From the NCBI GenBank assembly GCA_002189035.1, contig NEEC01000019.1, positions 1,550,001-1,614,000 of the forward strand: DNA of 64,000 nucleotides. The letters run 5' to 3'. The notes beneath the pieces were generated by a model. It was not told where the DNA came from, made no database searches, and worked only from the letters and a program-made list of their open reading frames with translations. A program made the translations under genes and the position numbers. Source of the stretch: Utricularia gibba (lineage: Eukaryota > Plantae > Magnoliophyta). Of this stretch, positions 48,879-61,498 are shown piece after piece (positions within the stretch are counted from its first letter, which is position 1; the number at the start of each line of letters is the position of its first letter).

Positions 48879-51037
48879 ATGGGTGTGATTGAATACTTCG
48901 GGACTGGCTCTTCATACACTCGCTTGGATGGGCGGAAGTATTCTCCTAATCTGCCGCGTAATAAGGTTGTGTTTATGCTCCCGATGGCCGCCTTCACCTC
49001 TGCGGCGCCGGTGAGGGAGGACGGCCGACCTGAAAATGGGGGGTGTTTGTTGACCGGAGATTCCTTTGTTCGGCAACATATCCGCAATTTGTCTCCTTAT
49101 CAGCCAATCTTCCCCTTTGAAGTCAGATTCTAACACCCGTTTTTTAATTGCTCAACTGCTTGTTTGCACCATTTCTGGGATTTAAATACATATTTGTCGA
49201 ACTCCGCGTCTTGCTGCTTCTATCATTTTTAATGTTGTTCACATTCTTTTCTTTTCAGATGATTCTATCTCTATGTGCAAAATTTCGCCGTGATCATATG
49301 TTAGGTTTTATCTGCTAGGCTTGGTCGGAAGCCGGAGGAGATTGTAAAGTTGGATGCGAATGAAAATCCATACGGTCCACCTCCAAAGGTGAGCAGATTT
49401 TACTGTATGCAATGCATTGAACTTGTGATTATCTGCTTGCCTTATCTTCTCCAATGTGTGGAAACATCTTGAAGGTTCTTGAGGCCTTGGGAAACTTGAG
49501 ATTCCCTTATGTTTATCCTGATCCCGAAAGCCGTACATTAAGAGCAGCCCTTGCTTTGGATTCTGGTCTTGAGTCTGACTACATTTTAGCTGGTTGTGGT
49601 GCGGATGAGCTCATTGATCTGATTATGAGGTATGCGATACTACATTAGCTTCTTCTTAGAAGTTGAAGCTGAAAGTTCTGATATTTGGTGAATGAGTGGG
49701 AGGTTTCATCATATATGAATTCCAAGTTCCTTAAGCGTGATACGAAACAACCCCCGCTTGTTTTCACTTTCATAGTCTGAGAAGTGGGAGGAAATATGCA
49801 TATAGGCATGAGCTAGTATCAAGTATGCTATTTGCTTCATATTCATCAGCATCCTATTGTGTCTTATCCTGCAGATGTGTGTTGGAACCTGGTGACAAAA
49901 TTGTGGACTGCCCACCAACCTTCACAATGTATGAATTTGATGCAGCAGTGAATGCTGCCAGTGTGATCAAGGGTACATTCATGCATCTCAACGTATTGTC
50001 TTGTTAACTTGCTCCAATATCTTATGCATTGCCTGAAATGTATTCTGATGGAAAATTGCCTTCGTGCGTTCATTCTCTCCGATAATGAAATTTTCAATGT
50101 CAGTTCCCCGGAAGGCCGACTTCAGCTTGGACTTGAATAAGATTCTCGATGTTATTGAGCAAGAAAAGCCCAAGTGTATATTCTTGACGTCTCCAAATAA
50201 TCCAGATGGAATGTGCTTTTTTCTTTTCATGGCAAAACTTCTGTGGGACATTCTGTAAATTTATGCCCCGCCCTGCTGTTCTTCTTGTAGCATTATTGAT
50301 GACGAAACACTGGTGAGAATACTCAACACCCCTGTCCTGGTTATCCTGGATGAAGCATATATCGAATTCTCAGGAGTCGAATCGAAGATGAAATGGGTCA
50401 AAAGGTTTGAGAATCTGATAGTTCTTCGCACATTCAGCAAAAGAGCAGGTACTCAACTCTCTATACCTGAAACCTGAAGGACTGCACTCTCCTTGTTGCA
50501 TACCTGAAGAGCTTGTTGACAATAATGCTGCTGATAACAGCGTTAGCCGGCCTTAGAGTCGGATACGGAGCATTTCCTCTGAGCATTATCAAGTATATGT
50601 GGAGGGCTAAACAGCCGTACAACGTGTCTGTAGCTGCTGAAGTTGCAGCATGATCAGCATTGCAGAATCCTGATTACTTGGAGGTGTGTAATGCCGTTCC
50701 TTCTGAAATGACTTTCGAATGATCTATATTTCTTGTGTATTTATCTTGTCTTTCCGATGTACCCCAGAAGGTGAAAGTGGCGCTGGGCGAAGAACGAGAC
50801 CGGCTCTTCGATCTTCTGAAACAAGTCCCATTCCTTCGCCCCTTTCCAAGCCATTCAAATTTCATTCTATGCGAAGTTACTTCCAGAAGGGATGCCAAGG
50901 AGTTGAAGGAATATCTTGCAGAAAATGGGGTAATGATTCGCCATTACAACAAGGAGCTGTCTGGTTATGTCCGTGTCTCTGTAGGCAAGCCAGAGCACAC
51001 AGAAGCTCTCATGGAATGCCTCAGGCGCCTGTACTGA
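48879..51037 (+). CDS. HISN6: Histidinol-phosphate aminotransferase (plastid), with in-frame TGA at 50651
   Basis: [44 protein letters not shown]-lysine [26 protein letters not shown]; exons splice cleanly; EVAA*SALQNP stop lies inside a coding exon. Confidence 0.92.
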
Positions 51038-51362
51038 GTTGAAGCCTTGCCTGTTAGTTGTAGAAGACTAGCATTCATTATATGGACAATCCGAGAGTAG
51101 CAAGGTTAAGGATGGTGTATATGATTCAGTCTTCTTAAGACAGATCTGTTCAAATCCAATGCAGCTGCAGGTAAGAAATTCTTATCCTTTTATGAAATGG
51201 AGTTTCCAAACATACATACAACCGACAAATATAAATGATAGTGAGCCAGAAAGTTGTGGATTTTTTATGATGTTTTCCTGGTAGCCTAAGGAGATAAACT
51301 TATTGAATGATAAATCAACTGGGGGAAATGAATGTAGCTTCACCTTCTTACTCAGATATTCG

Positions 51363-52895
51363 CTAAAAGCCACCACCTATGTGCATTTGTAGCCATTCTG
51401 GCGATGAGGTCGATCCACCGCTGTACACAGGAGCATTCTGAGAATCAAAAGGGACTGTGGGAGCGTTGAAGGTTCGCAGAGGGAACTGCACGACGGGGAT
51501 GAAGTGCAATTTGTGAGGTGATAACAGGGGCAACAATTGAAGCATGCCAGGGGTTTTATTGGTCACTAACTTCCTTAGAATGGCACTGGTCTATGCCTAG
51601 CCTTGAATTTACTGCTTCAAGCTTCAAGGACACAACATAGTGACATAAATTCGTTACCTCAACTTGATGCTGTAAAGACTGAATATAATTGATAATTTCA
51701 TCGAGTACGAGAGCTTTTCCGATGACCTTAATAAAGAGCGAAAGGCACTAGATGTAGATTACGTTAATACAAAAAAACAAAAATCATACAAAAGTTCTAT
51801 GAACCACAGTTTGAGGCTGCAGAAAGAATCCTAATCGTTTCTCACTGAAAAAGCTGAATTAAGATTTCATACTGCATAAATTCAGCAAGACGCATATCCT
51901 CTTAAGAACTCAGAATTCTATCAGGCAAGACCACAACATCCCTGTATGAGTCAAAATCCAGAATCTTTGACAGATTCTACCCCTCTCTACTAATGTATCT
52001 GCAAATTCTAAAAGTTCTAAATTTTAGAAACCATTATTGAAGTAGAAATAGCAAAAGGCAGAACGTAAAATAGAAGTCCTGTGAAAAATAAAAAGCAAGC
52101 TCCCATTCAGCCTTACCTTGTTACAATCAGGGACTAAATCTTGGAGAATCTTCATCCTCTCACTAATCTTCTCTCTTCTTGCCTACACCATGAGCAATGT
52201 GAAGGAATCATACTTAAAACATACTGTACAATGATTATACTTAACCATTCGTGCTTCTCAATGATTCAAACAATACCAATTGTAAACTTAGAAGGTCCCT
52301 TACTCTTTCCGCTAAGCTATGACTATCTGTAGCTTGCCCTCTTCTGGCTCTGACATGGATGTAGTCCTGCTTCGGAGATTCAGCTGTTTTTGAAGGTTTT
52401 CCGGCGTTTTTCCCTAAACTTCCTTCCTCCCCAGCTTTACTTACCCCATTGCCACTCAATCTACCCACTTCCTTGTTAACTTCTTGATTCTGCTCAACAT
52501 CAAAATCGATTGAGCAAAATCAGTGCCCAATTTCTTCGAAAAGTACCCATTTTAAAGAGGAGAAAACATCCAGTACTATGAATATCATAAATACGAATGA
52601 CGTTCATTGAAACGAACAACCTGAAACTCAGATCAGTAGTTATTTTGAAAGTAAATTAAGTCACCATAACGTTAGAGCCGCTATTGTTGCCGTCAATGGT
52701 AGTGCCAGTTGAAGCTCCTTCCATGGTGCAATGCTCACGTTCACGTCTTCGCTGTATTGAATCATGTCTATGCTGGATCAGCCCGTGGCCTATCGCCATC
52801 TGATCCACGCTCATTTCGTACGAACCCGGCTTGTGGTTCATCTGAAAGCCCGCCCACATTTCCGCTAAGCTAAACTCCTCCACCCGGAGATCCAT
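51363..52895 (-). CDS. BPE-like: bHLH, BIGPETAL/bHLH79-like, with splice and stop anomalies
   Basis: FSLAEMW start, [21 protein letters not shown]|[22 protein letters not shown]|[31 protein letters not shown], terminal [13 protein letters not shown]. Confidence 0.9.
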
Positions 52896-53250
52896 ATACC
52901 AGACGGAATTCCGAGCCCTCTACGAGCTGGAACAGCCGATCTCTCGCTTTCCGGTGAATCAGGAACTGTAAAGTGAACTCGCGGGCCGCTCTGGAGCAAA
53001 TTCTATCCCGTAGAACGGGTGTACCTACACCCTCACGAGATCTTTACCATTTGTGGCTTAAACGAGCTCATCCTACGGCTGCAGTGCGTCCTCCCCCATC
53101 GAATTTAGTTGCATACTATTTGACAGTCATGGGTGTCGACATTCGACAACAATCGGTTATTTTTTAAACATAATAAATAAATCAATAAAAAAATACTTCT
53201 GGAACACGAACGATTGCATGACCTGATCTCCTCTTCCAAGAACGCAGAGC

Positions 53251-53790
53251 ATCGATTTTTTCAAGAACGCGAAAACTGTTCGTCTGATGAGCGTCCACGG
53301 CAAGTATCTCACCGCCGACAAGGTCGAGCAAACGGTGCAGCAGGACGATAAGGAGTCATCGGTATCCGCAATTTGGACAGTCGAATTCGTCGCGAATTTC
53401 GATCTGATTCTCCTCAAGAGCTGATTCGGCAAGTACTTAACGGCATCGAATCAGCCGTTTCTGCTGTGTATGACCGGCGATAAAGTGCTCCAGACGCCGC
53501 CGAGTCAGCTCGACGGTTCCGTCGAGTGGGAGCCCGTCGCGGATTACAGAGGCGTCAATTTGAGATCAAAATACGGCGAGGTAACAGCGGAGTTCCGCCG
53601 TTGAAAAACTCGGTGACGCATAACATTCCTCATCAGACGACCTGCAAGAAGTGGATAGTGTGAAATGTTCAGGTGATGGAGTCGGCGCCGCCATTCGTCC
53701 AAAATGAGGAGTATCTTACTCTGCACGCCAGCTCCCGAAACATCGCCGTATCCTCCACATCCGCTAGCGCTTCCTCCGCACTCGCGGTAA
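53251..53790 (+). pseudogene. DUF569 (actin cross-linking-like beta-trefoil) pseudogene, tandem paralog of the 54330 gene
   Basis: IDFFKNAKTVRLMSVHGKYLTAD (ATG>ATC), LKS*FGKYLTASNQPFL (TGA 53422), a deletion/frameshift near 53580 and a second TGA at 53661; no C-terminal exon. Confidence 0.88.
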
Positions 53791-54329
53791 TTAATTCCTT
53801 TGAATAAATGGCAATGTGCGTTTTTCCGTGCAACAAACTAACCGTAATGAACGGAATAACAGCAATATGACAGTATTTAAAAATTGTGTTTATGTGTGTT
53901 TTTTCTGAAAAAAAGAAAACTAACACCAAAATCAAACGAATGTATTTCAACCCGGTTTTCGGTGTATTTATTATATTTTGTGTGTAAGATAATGAGATAT
54001 ATGAGGCAGTCCATGCTTCATTATTGATGTAAAAAGATTAAATTATAATTAAAATAATAATGAATTCCTGCCCGTCACATGCTATTTATGGGTAAAACTT
54101 CGTTGTCAAATTGACCAATTCTCTCTGGACAATGTCAGCAATTTTCTTCGACGCGGGAATCCAACCCTACCCCTACCTCGCCCCCATAGGCTGCGTCAAA
54201 TGACGGCTGACGTGGAATATTCCTAAAAGACATCCGATTCAACTCACGCTTCATATAAAATCCCCTCCAAGTCTCATCTCTTTCGATTATCACAGAGCAG
54301 TCTTCAAGTTCCCAGACGATCGATCGCCC

Positions 54330-55326
54330 ATGGAGTTGTTCAGAAAGGCGAGAGCGGTCCGGTTCAAGAGCGCCCACGGCAAGTACCTCACCGCCGACGA
54401 AGACGAAGAAACGGTGTCCCAAGGCAGAAACGGAGCCTCCCGATCCGCGAAATGGACCGTGGAGTTCGTAAAAGACATGGATTCCGTGATCCGTTTGAAG
54501 AGCTGCTATGGCAAGTACTTAACCGCGTCGAATCAGCCGTTTCTTCTGGGGATGACGGGTTTGAAGGTGAAGCAGACGTTGCCGGAGCGCCTTGATAGCT
54601 CCGTCCAGTGGGAGCCGATCACGGATCACGGCGGACACATAAAGCTTAGAACGAGATACGGGCAGTTTTTACAGGCTAACGGCGGGATGCCGCCGTGGAG
54701 AAACTCCGTGACTCATAATATCCCCCACCGGACGGCCTCCCAGGAGGGGATTTTGTGGATGTCCATGTCTTGGACATCTTGATGGTTGAATCCCCGGCGG
54801 CGTATACTCCCCGCCGATTCCCGTCCAAGACGACGACGAGACGGAGTCAACTGGTTCAGAGATCAGCCTGGGTAGCATTAGCAATAGCTTCACCTCCAAC
54901 GCTGCACATGAGGTATTCCCACAATTCGCTTTCATCTTTATTTTTTTATTCACCATTTTATAATCAAAACCAGCAACACACCATTCAAGAATCTTATCGA
55001 TTAATTATTATTTTCAGTTAAATGATTCAATGGTGGGTTCCCCATTGTCTCCCAATGAGGGGAGACTGATCTACTTCAGCATCGCGAACGAGAAGGGCGA
55101 AGACGACGAGGAATACGAGGTGATGAGCATCCCATTCAAAGGAACCGACGTTGCCGATCTGACGAAAACTCTGGAGATGAATCTCGGCCTCAGAGGCCTC
55201 ACTGTCTGCAAACGGAGCCCCGTCAACGGACGCCTTTTCCCCCTCCGCCTGCAGCTGCCGCCTAACGGCGCCGTACACGTCGTCGTTTTGCCGCCGTATT
55301 CGAGACCTTCCGGTTTCGTCTACTAG
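54330..55326 (+). CDS. DUF569 actin cross-linking-like protein with C-terminal ubiquitin-like domain
   Basis: MELFRKARAVRFKSAHGKYLTAD, LKSCYGKYLTASN, PPWRNSVTH; exon 2 (55018-55326) GRLIYFSIA...SPVNGRLFPLRLQLPPN; two apparent -1 frameshifts at about 54757 and 54810. Confidence 0.88.
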
Positions 55327-55711
55327 CTTCAGCTCGGTGCTCCCACGAATTGTGTGTAAATAAGTATTAAATTTTGAAACAGTTATTTAAATTTTGTGTG
55401 TAAATATGGAATTGTGAGTGTACGGAAATATGAGTTTGTTCTCATATTTTACTACTAAGGTTTCAATTAATTAGTATTATTGATTATTACAGAAGTATCC
55501 TTTAGAATGAGGAAATGGAAAAAATTACAATAAATAAGGAATTAGAATTATTATATATTACATAATATAAAGATATTTTTTAAAATGTTTGGCACAGACG
55601 GCTGTGGATACAATATGAAAGTGTTTTAAAATCATGGATTTTCAGTTTAAATATATGATTAAATTAAAAATTATTTAATTGATTTATTTTAAGATAATTT
55701 AATTTAAATTA

Positions 55712-56762
55712 ATGATTAAAACGGTCCTCCGCCGGCGTTGCGGTGGCTTCCGGAGCGGGCCTCTATTTTCTGCAAAAAGATTACAGTGCTGCGCACCACG
55801 CCATTTCTCAACAGGTTTTGTTCTACTTCTAAAATTGGCAGTTCCCGTGTCAATCTTATTTTTCTGAATGGAAGCTTACGCTAGTGTATGAGTTGTCGAA
55901 ATCGCTTTTCTTGCACCCGGAAATTGTATTTTGTGCTTTTACGGGGGCGTAATTAATGATATTTGGATTAAATTGGCGTTTGGGTGCAATGTGATGCAAT
56001 CTATGAATGAACTTCTTCTTTCGTTTAGGTTTTTGAATTTTGAAAGGAGCAATAATCAAGAAAGTAGTACCTTCTGTAGATGAGTAACTCGTTTGGAAAC
56101 TACAGAATTCTGGAAAAGTTTCATTTTGGTTGACGAACTTTTGTTCCCATGTGTGTAATTTAATGCACTGTTAGTTTTTAAACAAATAGCCTTAGAGTAA
56201 ACCTGCATTTTATTTTCATACTTTGTTCTGGACCATAGAAAACGAGCCTTGGATAGATGAACCTGGCTAATGATTAACTTGAGCAGTTAATCTGATCCTA
56301 TAACACTAGCGCTTTTTCCTCCATTTCTCGTATCTAACAGAAGTGATAAAGGTGGTGACTGTTTTTTTCACAAGTTGGAATTCTGTAGTATCTTCTGTCA
56401 TGTGTTGCATTGTTGGTCCGAGTAACACAAGGTGGAATTCTGTTTTTTTCGTTGAAGCTTAAAGTTTAGTTCTTAATTTCTGCATAGGTGGTGTGAATCA
56501 CAGAAGTCGTGAAATCTCAAGTCTGAAAGTTATGCCATTGAATATGCTCGAATAATCGCTACATCCACCACTATGTTTCAATAGGATTTTGCTGCTGAAA
56601 AGAGCCTCAGTTTGTTGCTTTATATTTGCTGTCATCCAGATGAACATCCTTCACGAATCCTTAGATGGGGTTTTATCAGAGCTGGAGAAGTTTATTGTAA
56701 TGGAGGCACCCAAAAACGCCGCAGTAGAGTTGCCCAAAAAATGGAGATGCCGATGCAGATGA
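55712..56762 (+). CDS. Small two-exon single-TM / coiled-coil protein (At1g79390-like), absent from the ORF track
   Basis: Exon 1 to 55814: AGVAVASGAGLYFLQKDYSAAHHAISQQ|GT; exon 2 56640-56762: AG|MNILHESLDGVLSELEKF...*; matches the recalled family pattern GLY.L.KDY..AH..IS.Q....ESL.G.IS.LEK. The only nearby ATG (55712) is out of frame by one base. Confidence 0.7.
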
Positions 56763-57403
56763 ATGATCTTTCCCTGCAGAGATAAGTTTCTTCCCACCTC
56801 GTTGATTTTCGATTTCATCATGCTTTAAATAAAACACCACAGTCTATGAGTAACGTCCATTCCCTGTATACGGAGCATAAGGGCATAAGTTTAAGGAGAG
56901 TTGCCGATTGATTGTTCCATGTTTAGATGTTTTGTTGCAGCAAATCGACTCCCTGTAAGAAAGAGAATAATCATGCTGCTATATATGAAACAACATATTT
57001 GCATATCTCGTGTGCAGGCTGTAAATGAAGTGCTTGTTAACAATGCAGTAGGAAAGTCGGTGTTGCTTAATACAACTCTTGAACAGGGATTGCATTTTTG
57101 TCTGGTTCACATGCTTTCAGTAGCTTGTGATTCGGCTAAGGCAGCGTCTGCATTACAAGCAGACACGTGTCACTATATTCTCCTTCAGGTGAAGCAGTGG
57201 TCTTGCAAATTACATATGAGTTTATTTTTGGGCGTTCCTTAAATAACAAAAAGTAAGGAAATCTTCACTTCAGGCAACAAAGCTGTACTAAAAAGGCGAC
57301 TGCATTATCCCGGTTCTAAGAAGTGAAGAAGAACAAGCGGATCGAGTGTTTTTCTTCGCTTCTACTGATCCAGCTCCGATAGGTCTACAGAAGCATTGAA
57401 TTG

Positions 57404-58709
57404 ATGGTGGTTGCAAGTGTCGTCCCGGCGATGAACTCGCCGGCTTCTGTTTTAAGAAAGCACTCTGTGTTCCGGAAAAGCGGGGTGATGTTGGGGAGAA
57501 GAGGATGGATATCCGGAGCCAAATCGCGGATCTTTCCGGTAAGCCGGCACCCATGGGGCAGAAAACTAAATACAGGGATGGGCTTGTGGAGCGCGCTTTC
57601 ATCAATCTATTCGCACGCAAGATGGACAAATTTGCCGGAGGTGGAGAGGCGGAGAAAAGAGGATGGTTTGATTATGACTACGAGTCGTTTGTTGAAACGT
57701 CTAGGAGGGTTATGATTGGACGCAACTCTCTCCAGCAGCAGCAGCTAGTCCGTGAGGTTCTTCTCTCCATACTCCCTCCCGGGGCGCCTGCTCAGGTACT
57801 CATTTGCGCCTGCTTATGCCATCACCATTCGGGCTAGCCATTTTCCTTTTTACATCTGTAGTATGTTGCTGCTGTAGAAATAAGATGATCAAATGATCAA
57901 GGTATTGTGTTGTGCAGTTCAGAAAATTGTTTCCTCCCACAAGATGGGCTGCAGAGTTCAATGCTGTCTTAACAACCGTCTTCTTCCAATGGCTGGTTGG
58001 CCCTTCTGAGGTACCTATCATTCCAAACAATCATACAGCATGATGCGGACTTCGATCCTACTTTTTATCTCAAGACTCAAACGAAGTACATAAAGCATAG
58101 TAAAACAAGCTCTGGATTAACAAACCAGTAACGCAGGTAGTCGAGGTTGAGGTGAACGGGAACAAACAATCAAGTGGAGTTCTCATAAAGAAATGCAGGT
58201 ATTGCTCCGCCCACTCAGTAAACTATCAAACCTTGCTTGCTCTATAGTGTATCTGACTTCATCCTTTCCGTGTATGCCTTGCACTCTCTTACACCATGTT
58301 TGTAGGTATTTAGAGAACAGTGGGTGTGTAGGCATGTGCGTAAACTTGTGCAAAATCCCAACGCAGGACTTCTTCACCAATGAGTTTGGCCTTCCACTAA
58401 CCATGACACCCAGTACGCCCATCTCAGATATTCACTTAAACCGAATCCTAGAGGCATGATGGATATGATAAAGCATTGCAACTTATCCCTCTTTGTCATC
58501 ACAGATTTTGAAGACATGAGTTGTGAAATGAAATATGGGCAGTTGCCTCCAAACTTCGAGGAAGACCCTGCATCCAAACAACCTTGCCTTGCGAATTTTT
58601 GTGAGTCTTTACTTCTATTCTACACCGAATTTGGTCCTAATGAACACTGACTGTTTTTTTCACAGGCTCGATTGCAAACCCGAATTCCAGTGCTTGCCCT
58701 AAGCTTTAA
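57404..58709 (+). CDS. D27L1: D27-like beta-carotene isomerase (D27-LIKE1 clade, DUF4033)
   Basis: SGKPAPMGQKTKY, YDYESFV, FFQWLVGPSEV, CRYLENSGCVGMCVNLCKIPTQDFF, FEDMSCEMKYG; the transit-peptide ATG at 57404 is one base out of frame with the core domain. Confidence 0.9.
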
Positions 58710-59417
58710 CCATGCGATAGGATTGGCTCTTGACGGCGGCGGTTCCCTGAGTTGTGAACGCCATGAAAGGGAAAAGTAACAAGGAAAATTTTTTATTCTG
58801 CAATAGCATGTATATACTATGATTCATCTTCATTGGGCCGTCCGCTATTATTACGAGCTGGGCCCATTAGCCACGATAAAGCCCGGTTCCGTACTCCACA
58901 GGCCCCCTTTCCCTCAGATCACCATCCGGACTTCCTTAAATGGGCTAAAGCATGTGGATGTTGCTTGGACTCGATCCATTTCCAATTTTCTCAATATTTT
59001 AAATTTAACAATAAACAATAATTAAAAATTAATGAATCCAATACAATTCATTATAAAATAATTTAATCAAAATACATCCTCCCTTCTACGCAATGTCAAA
59101 CTCATGTTGGATTGCATGTGTCCATTTTTTATTGGATGTGACATAATTTGCAGAATAAATTATTTAAAATGGAGGGGGAAACTTGCCCAGGTAAATAAAA
59201 TAGTACAAGAGAAAAAAAACATATCCATTTGGTTTTTCTTAATAAAAGCCATTATTTTATAAATAGTATTTGATTATCACTCGTTCTTCACTTAATTATC
59301 TTGCGCATCATTAAACTACGCACTGCTCAAATTAGAGAACAGCTTGATACACACAACAACGGAGAGGCACACAAACATTAGTTCAAATCAGGTTGTGACG
59401 AGATCCTTAGCTCGATC

Positions 59418-60233
59418 CTAATTTGGTTGATCGAGCCACAGCATGGATCCACCTTCCACGTCAATGGAGGAGAAGAAGTTATTGAAGAAGGTACTGCTTT
59501 CATCCATTTGATCCATTTTTGCGCCCTGGAGTTGCAGCTGCAATGGCATTGCTTCCTGAAAGCATCCTCTGCTTTGGTGGATCATCCTGTCAGTGTGTTT
59601 GCTATCAACGCAGAAGTCTTCAGTTTCTCTTTTGGGGTTGATGGGTTTCTTCGGCTGCTGCCATGCTCTCAAAGAGAGTAGCTGCAGAAAAGTATGGATG
59701 ATTTTCTGTGTTGTTTTTGTTTTCCGAGTTGATTTGGAAAGGAATCTGACCATGGCGTGGAGTCTCTGGTTCTGGGCTTTGAGGGCGTCTTGTTCGGCCA
59801 TTAATGCACCATACCGTCTCTTGAGAAGCTCGTACTCTTTCTCCAGCTGTTTCGTTTTCCATCGAGCTCTCCGGTTTTGGAACCAGACGGCGATCTGGCG
59901 CGGCGGCAGCCCCAGCGCCTGCGCTAGATACATTTTCCTCTCCGGCAAGAGCTTCTTCTCCAACATGAACCATCTCTCCAGCGTTCTAAGCTGCTCCTTG
60001 TTCATTCCTCGCTTCCTGTCACCGTCTTCCGGCAGCTGCTCCGTCACTCCCACTGCAATCAATCATGTATCGGTGGAGGAGAAAACACATATTCCATCGG
60101 TTAGAGTAAACTGTCTTGTCTTATTCCTTCTTTGAGATCTAGGGTTTGGAAACGTACCAGAAGACGGATGAAGAGAGGCTGAAACTGTAGGTTTTGCTTG
60201 GCCTTGATGATTGAGCCGTACGAAATCTGCCAT
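59418..60233 (-). CDS. ATHB13-like: HD-Zip class I, ATHB13/23-like
   Basis: Exons 60233-60158, 60052-59751, 59681-59418; [24 protein letters not shown] plus leucine zipper; INPKRETE and terminal WLDQPN resemble the ATHB13 clade. Confidence 0.88.
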
Positions 60234-61498
60234 GGCCGCCCTTCACAGCTCTCCTTCTTACATACAAGATCGAGCACTCGCCCTACATCTCCTGATGCGG
60301 AAAAAAGCAGGAAGAATATAGAGACAAGAGATGGACGTGGGAGGAGACAGCATTCGACATGCGACAGTCCCACGTCGAATGGCAAGAAAATACTCCATCT
60401 CACGGTGGAAAAAGGAAACTGCACTTGTGCGTTACACGTTAAAAACTACTGTGGGTGTTGTGAACCCACTGTTGCAGTAACCAAGAAGTACTTGAATTCC
60501 TCTTCACTAGAGTTTTTATCCCCTTTTTAATTAACTCTACGGTCGGCCGGCGAAAGCTGAACGCCGGAAACATCTCTTGACGGGCAACGCCGGCGTTCCC
60601 TCGTGAAATGTTTTTGTCTTTTCTGACGAGGAAAAACTCAAGCAATGCATTCCGATGGAAGCCCTTGTACCTGGAATGAGATGTAGGGTAATATTCGTTA
60701 TCCATCAGCAACATTCCAGCAAACTAAGAAAAGGGAATCTTTTCCTGGATGTCTTGATGTGGACACAAAATCAGGAACACGAGATATCAAGATTCCTGGT
60801 GCATGGGTCCGGCTTCGCCCACCCGAACCGTATCCATCCATCATATGATTCGCATATTTAGGAATATCAACCCATCGGACTCGCCCCTCCGGCAGAGGCT
60901 GCCGGCCGCCCTCGCTATTCCCGTTATTCATAGGAGCATCGCTAGCTGTTTTCTTTTCTTGTTGGGTCGTCTCGCGAAAACTTTTTTCTTGGTTTGGGCC
61001 GGGCATCGGCTGTAATCATGGAACGCAAATGAACAGGCCCAATACAATGGCAGGATCAAAATCAAATCTTAAATAAGTAATTAGATGTTTGATAATATAA
61101 TATATAATATTTACATTTAAATTTATATATAATGTTTTGATTAATATATATATATTGTATAATTATATCATTCATATAATCATTTTTTAAATATATAAAT
61201 AATATCAATCTGATTCATATATTTATATTTTTATATATTACAACTTATATACAATTATATTATCCTTAAATATACTAATGCTTTACTATCAAATGATTGT
61301 CATAATATCACCAACACAGTTTGATCGTTCCTAATAAGAAAAGGAATCAAATCTGATTAAATATTTTTAGTGTAACAATGAGCCATTCATAGTATGGGGT
61401 TATACAGTTAAACAAAACACAGCTGAGTACTTAATGAACAAATTTAACATTACAAATGGATTGTTTCTCTCCTGAATCTTTGCCATCCATGGATGCAG

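Noticed and set aside
3309-58709. IPT, cis-prenyltransferase and D27-like as an isoprenoid biosynthetic gene cluster
   Set aside because: They are about 26 kb apart with many unrelated genes between them, act in different pathways and compartments, and appear explained by ancestral synteny.
60208-60228. TGATTGAGCCGT resembling miR171
   Set aside because: Only the first 12 nt match, it lies in HD-Zip exon 1, and there is no hairpin.
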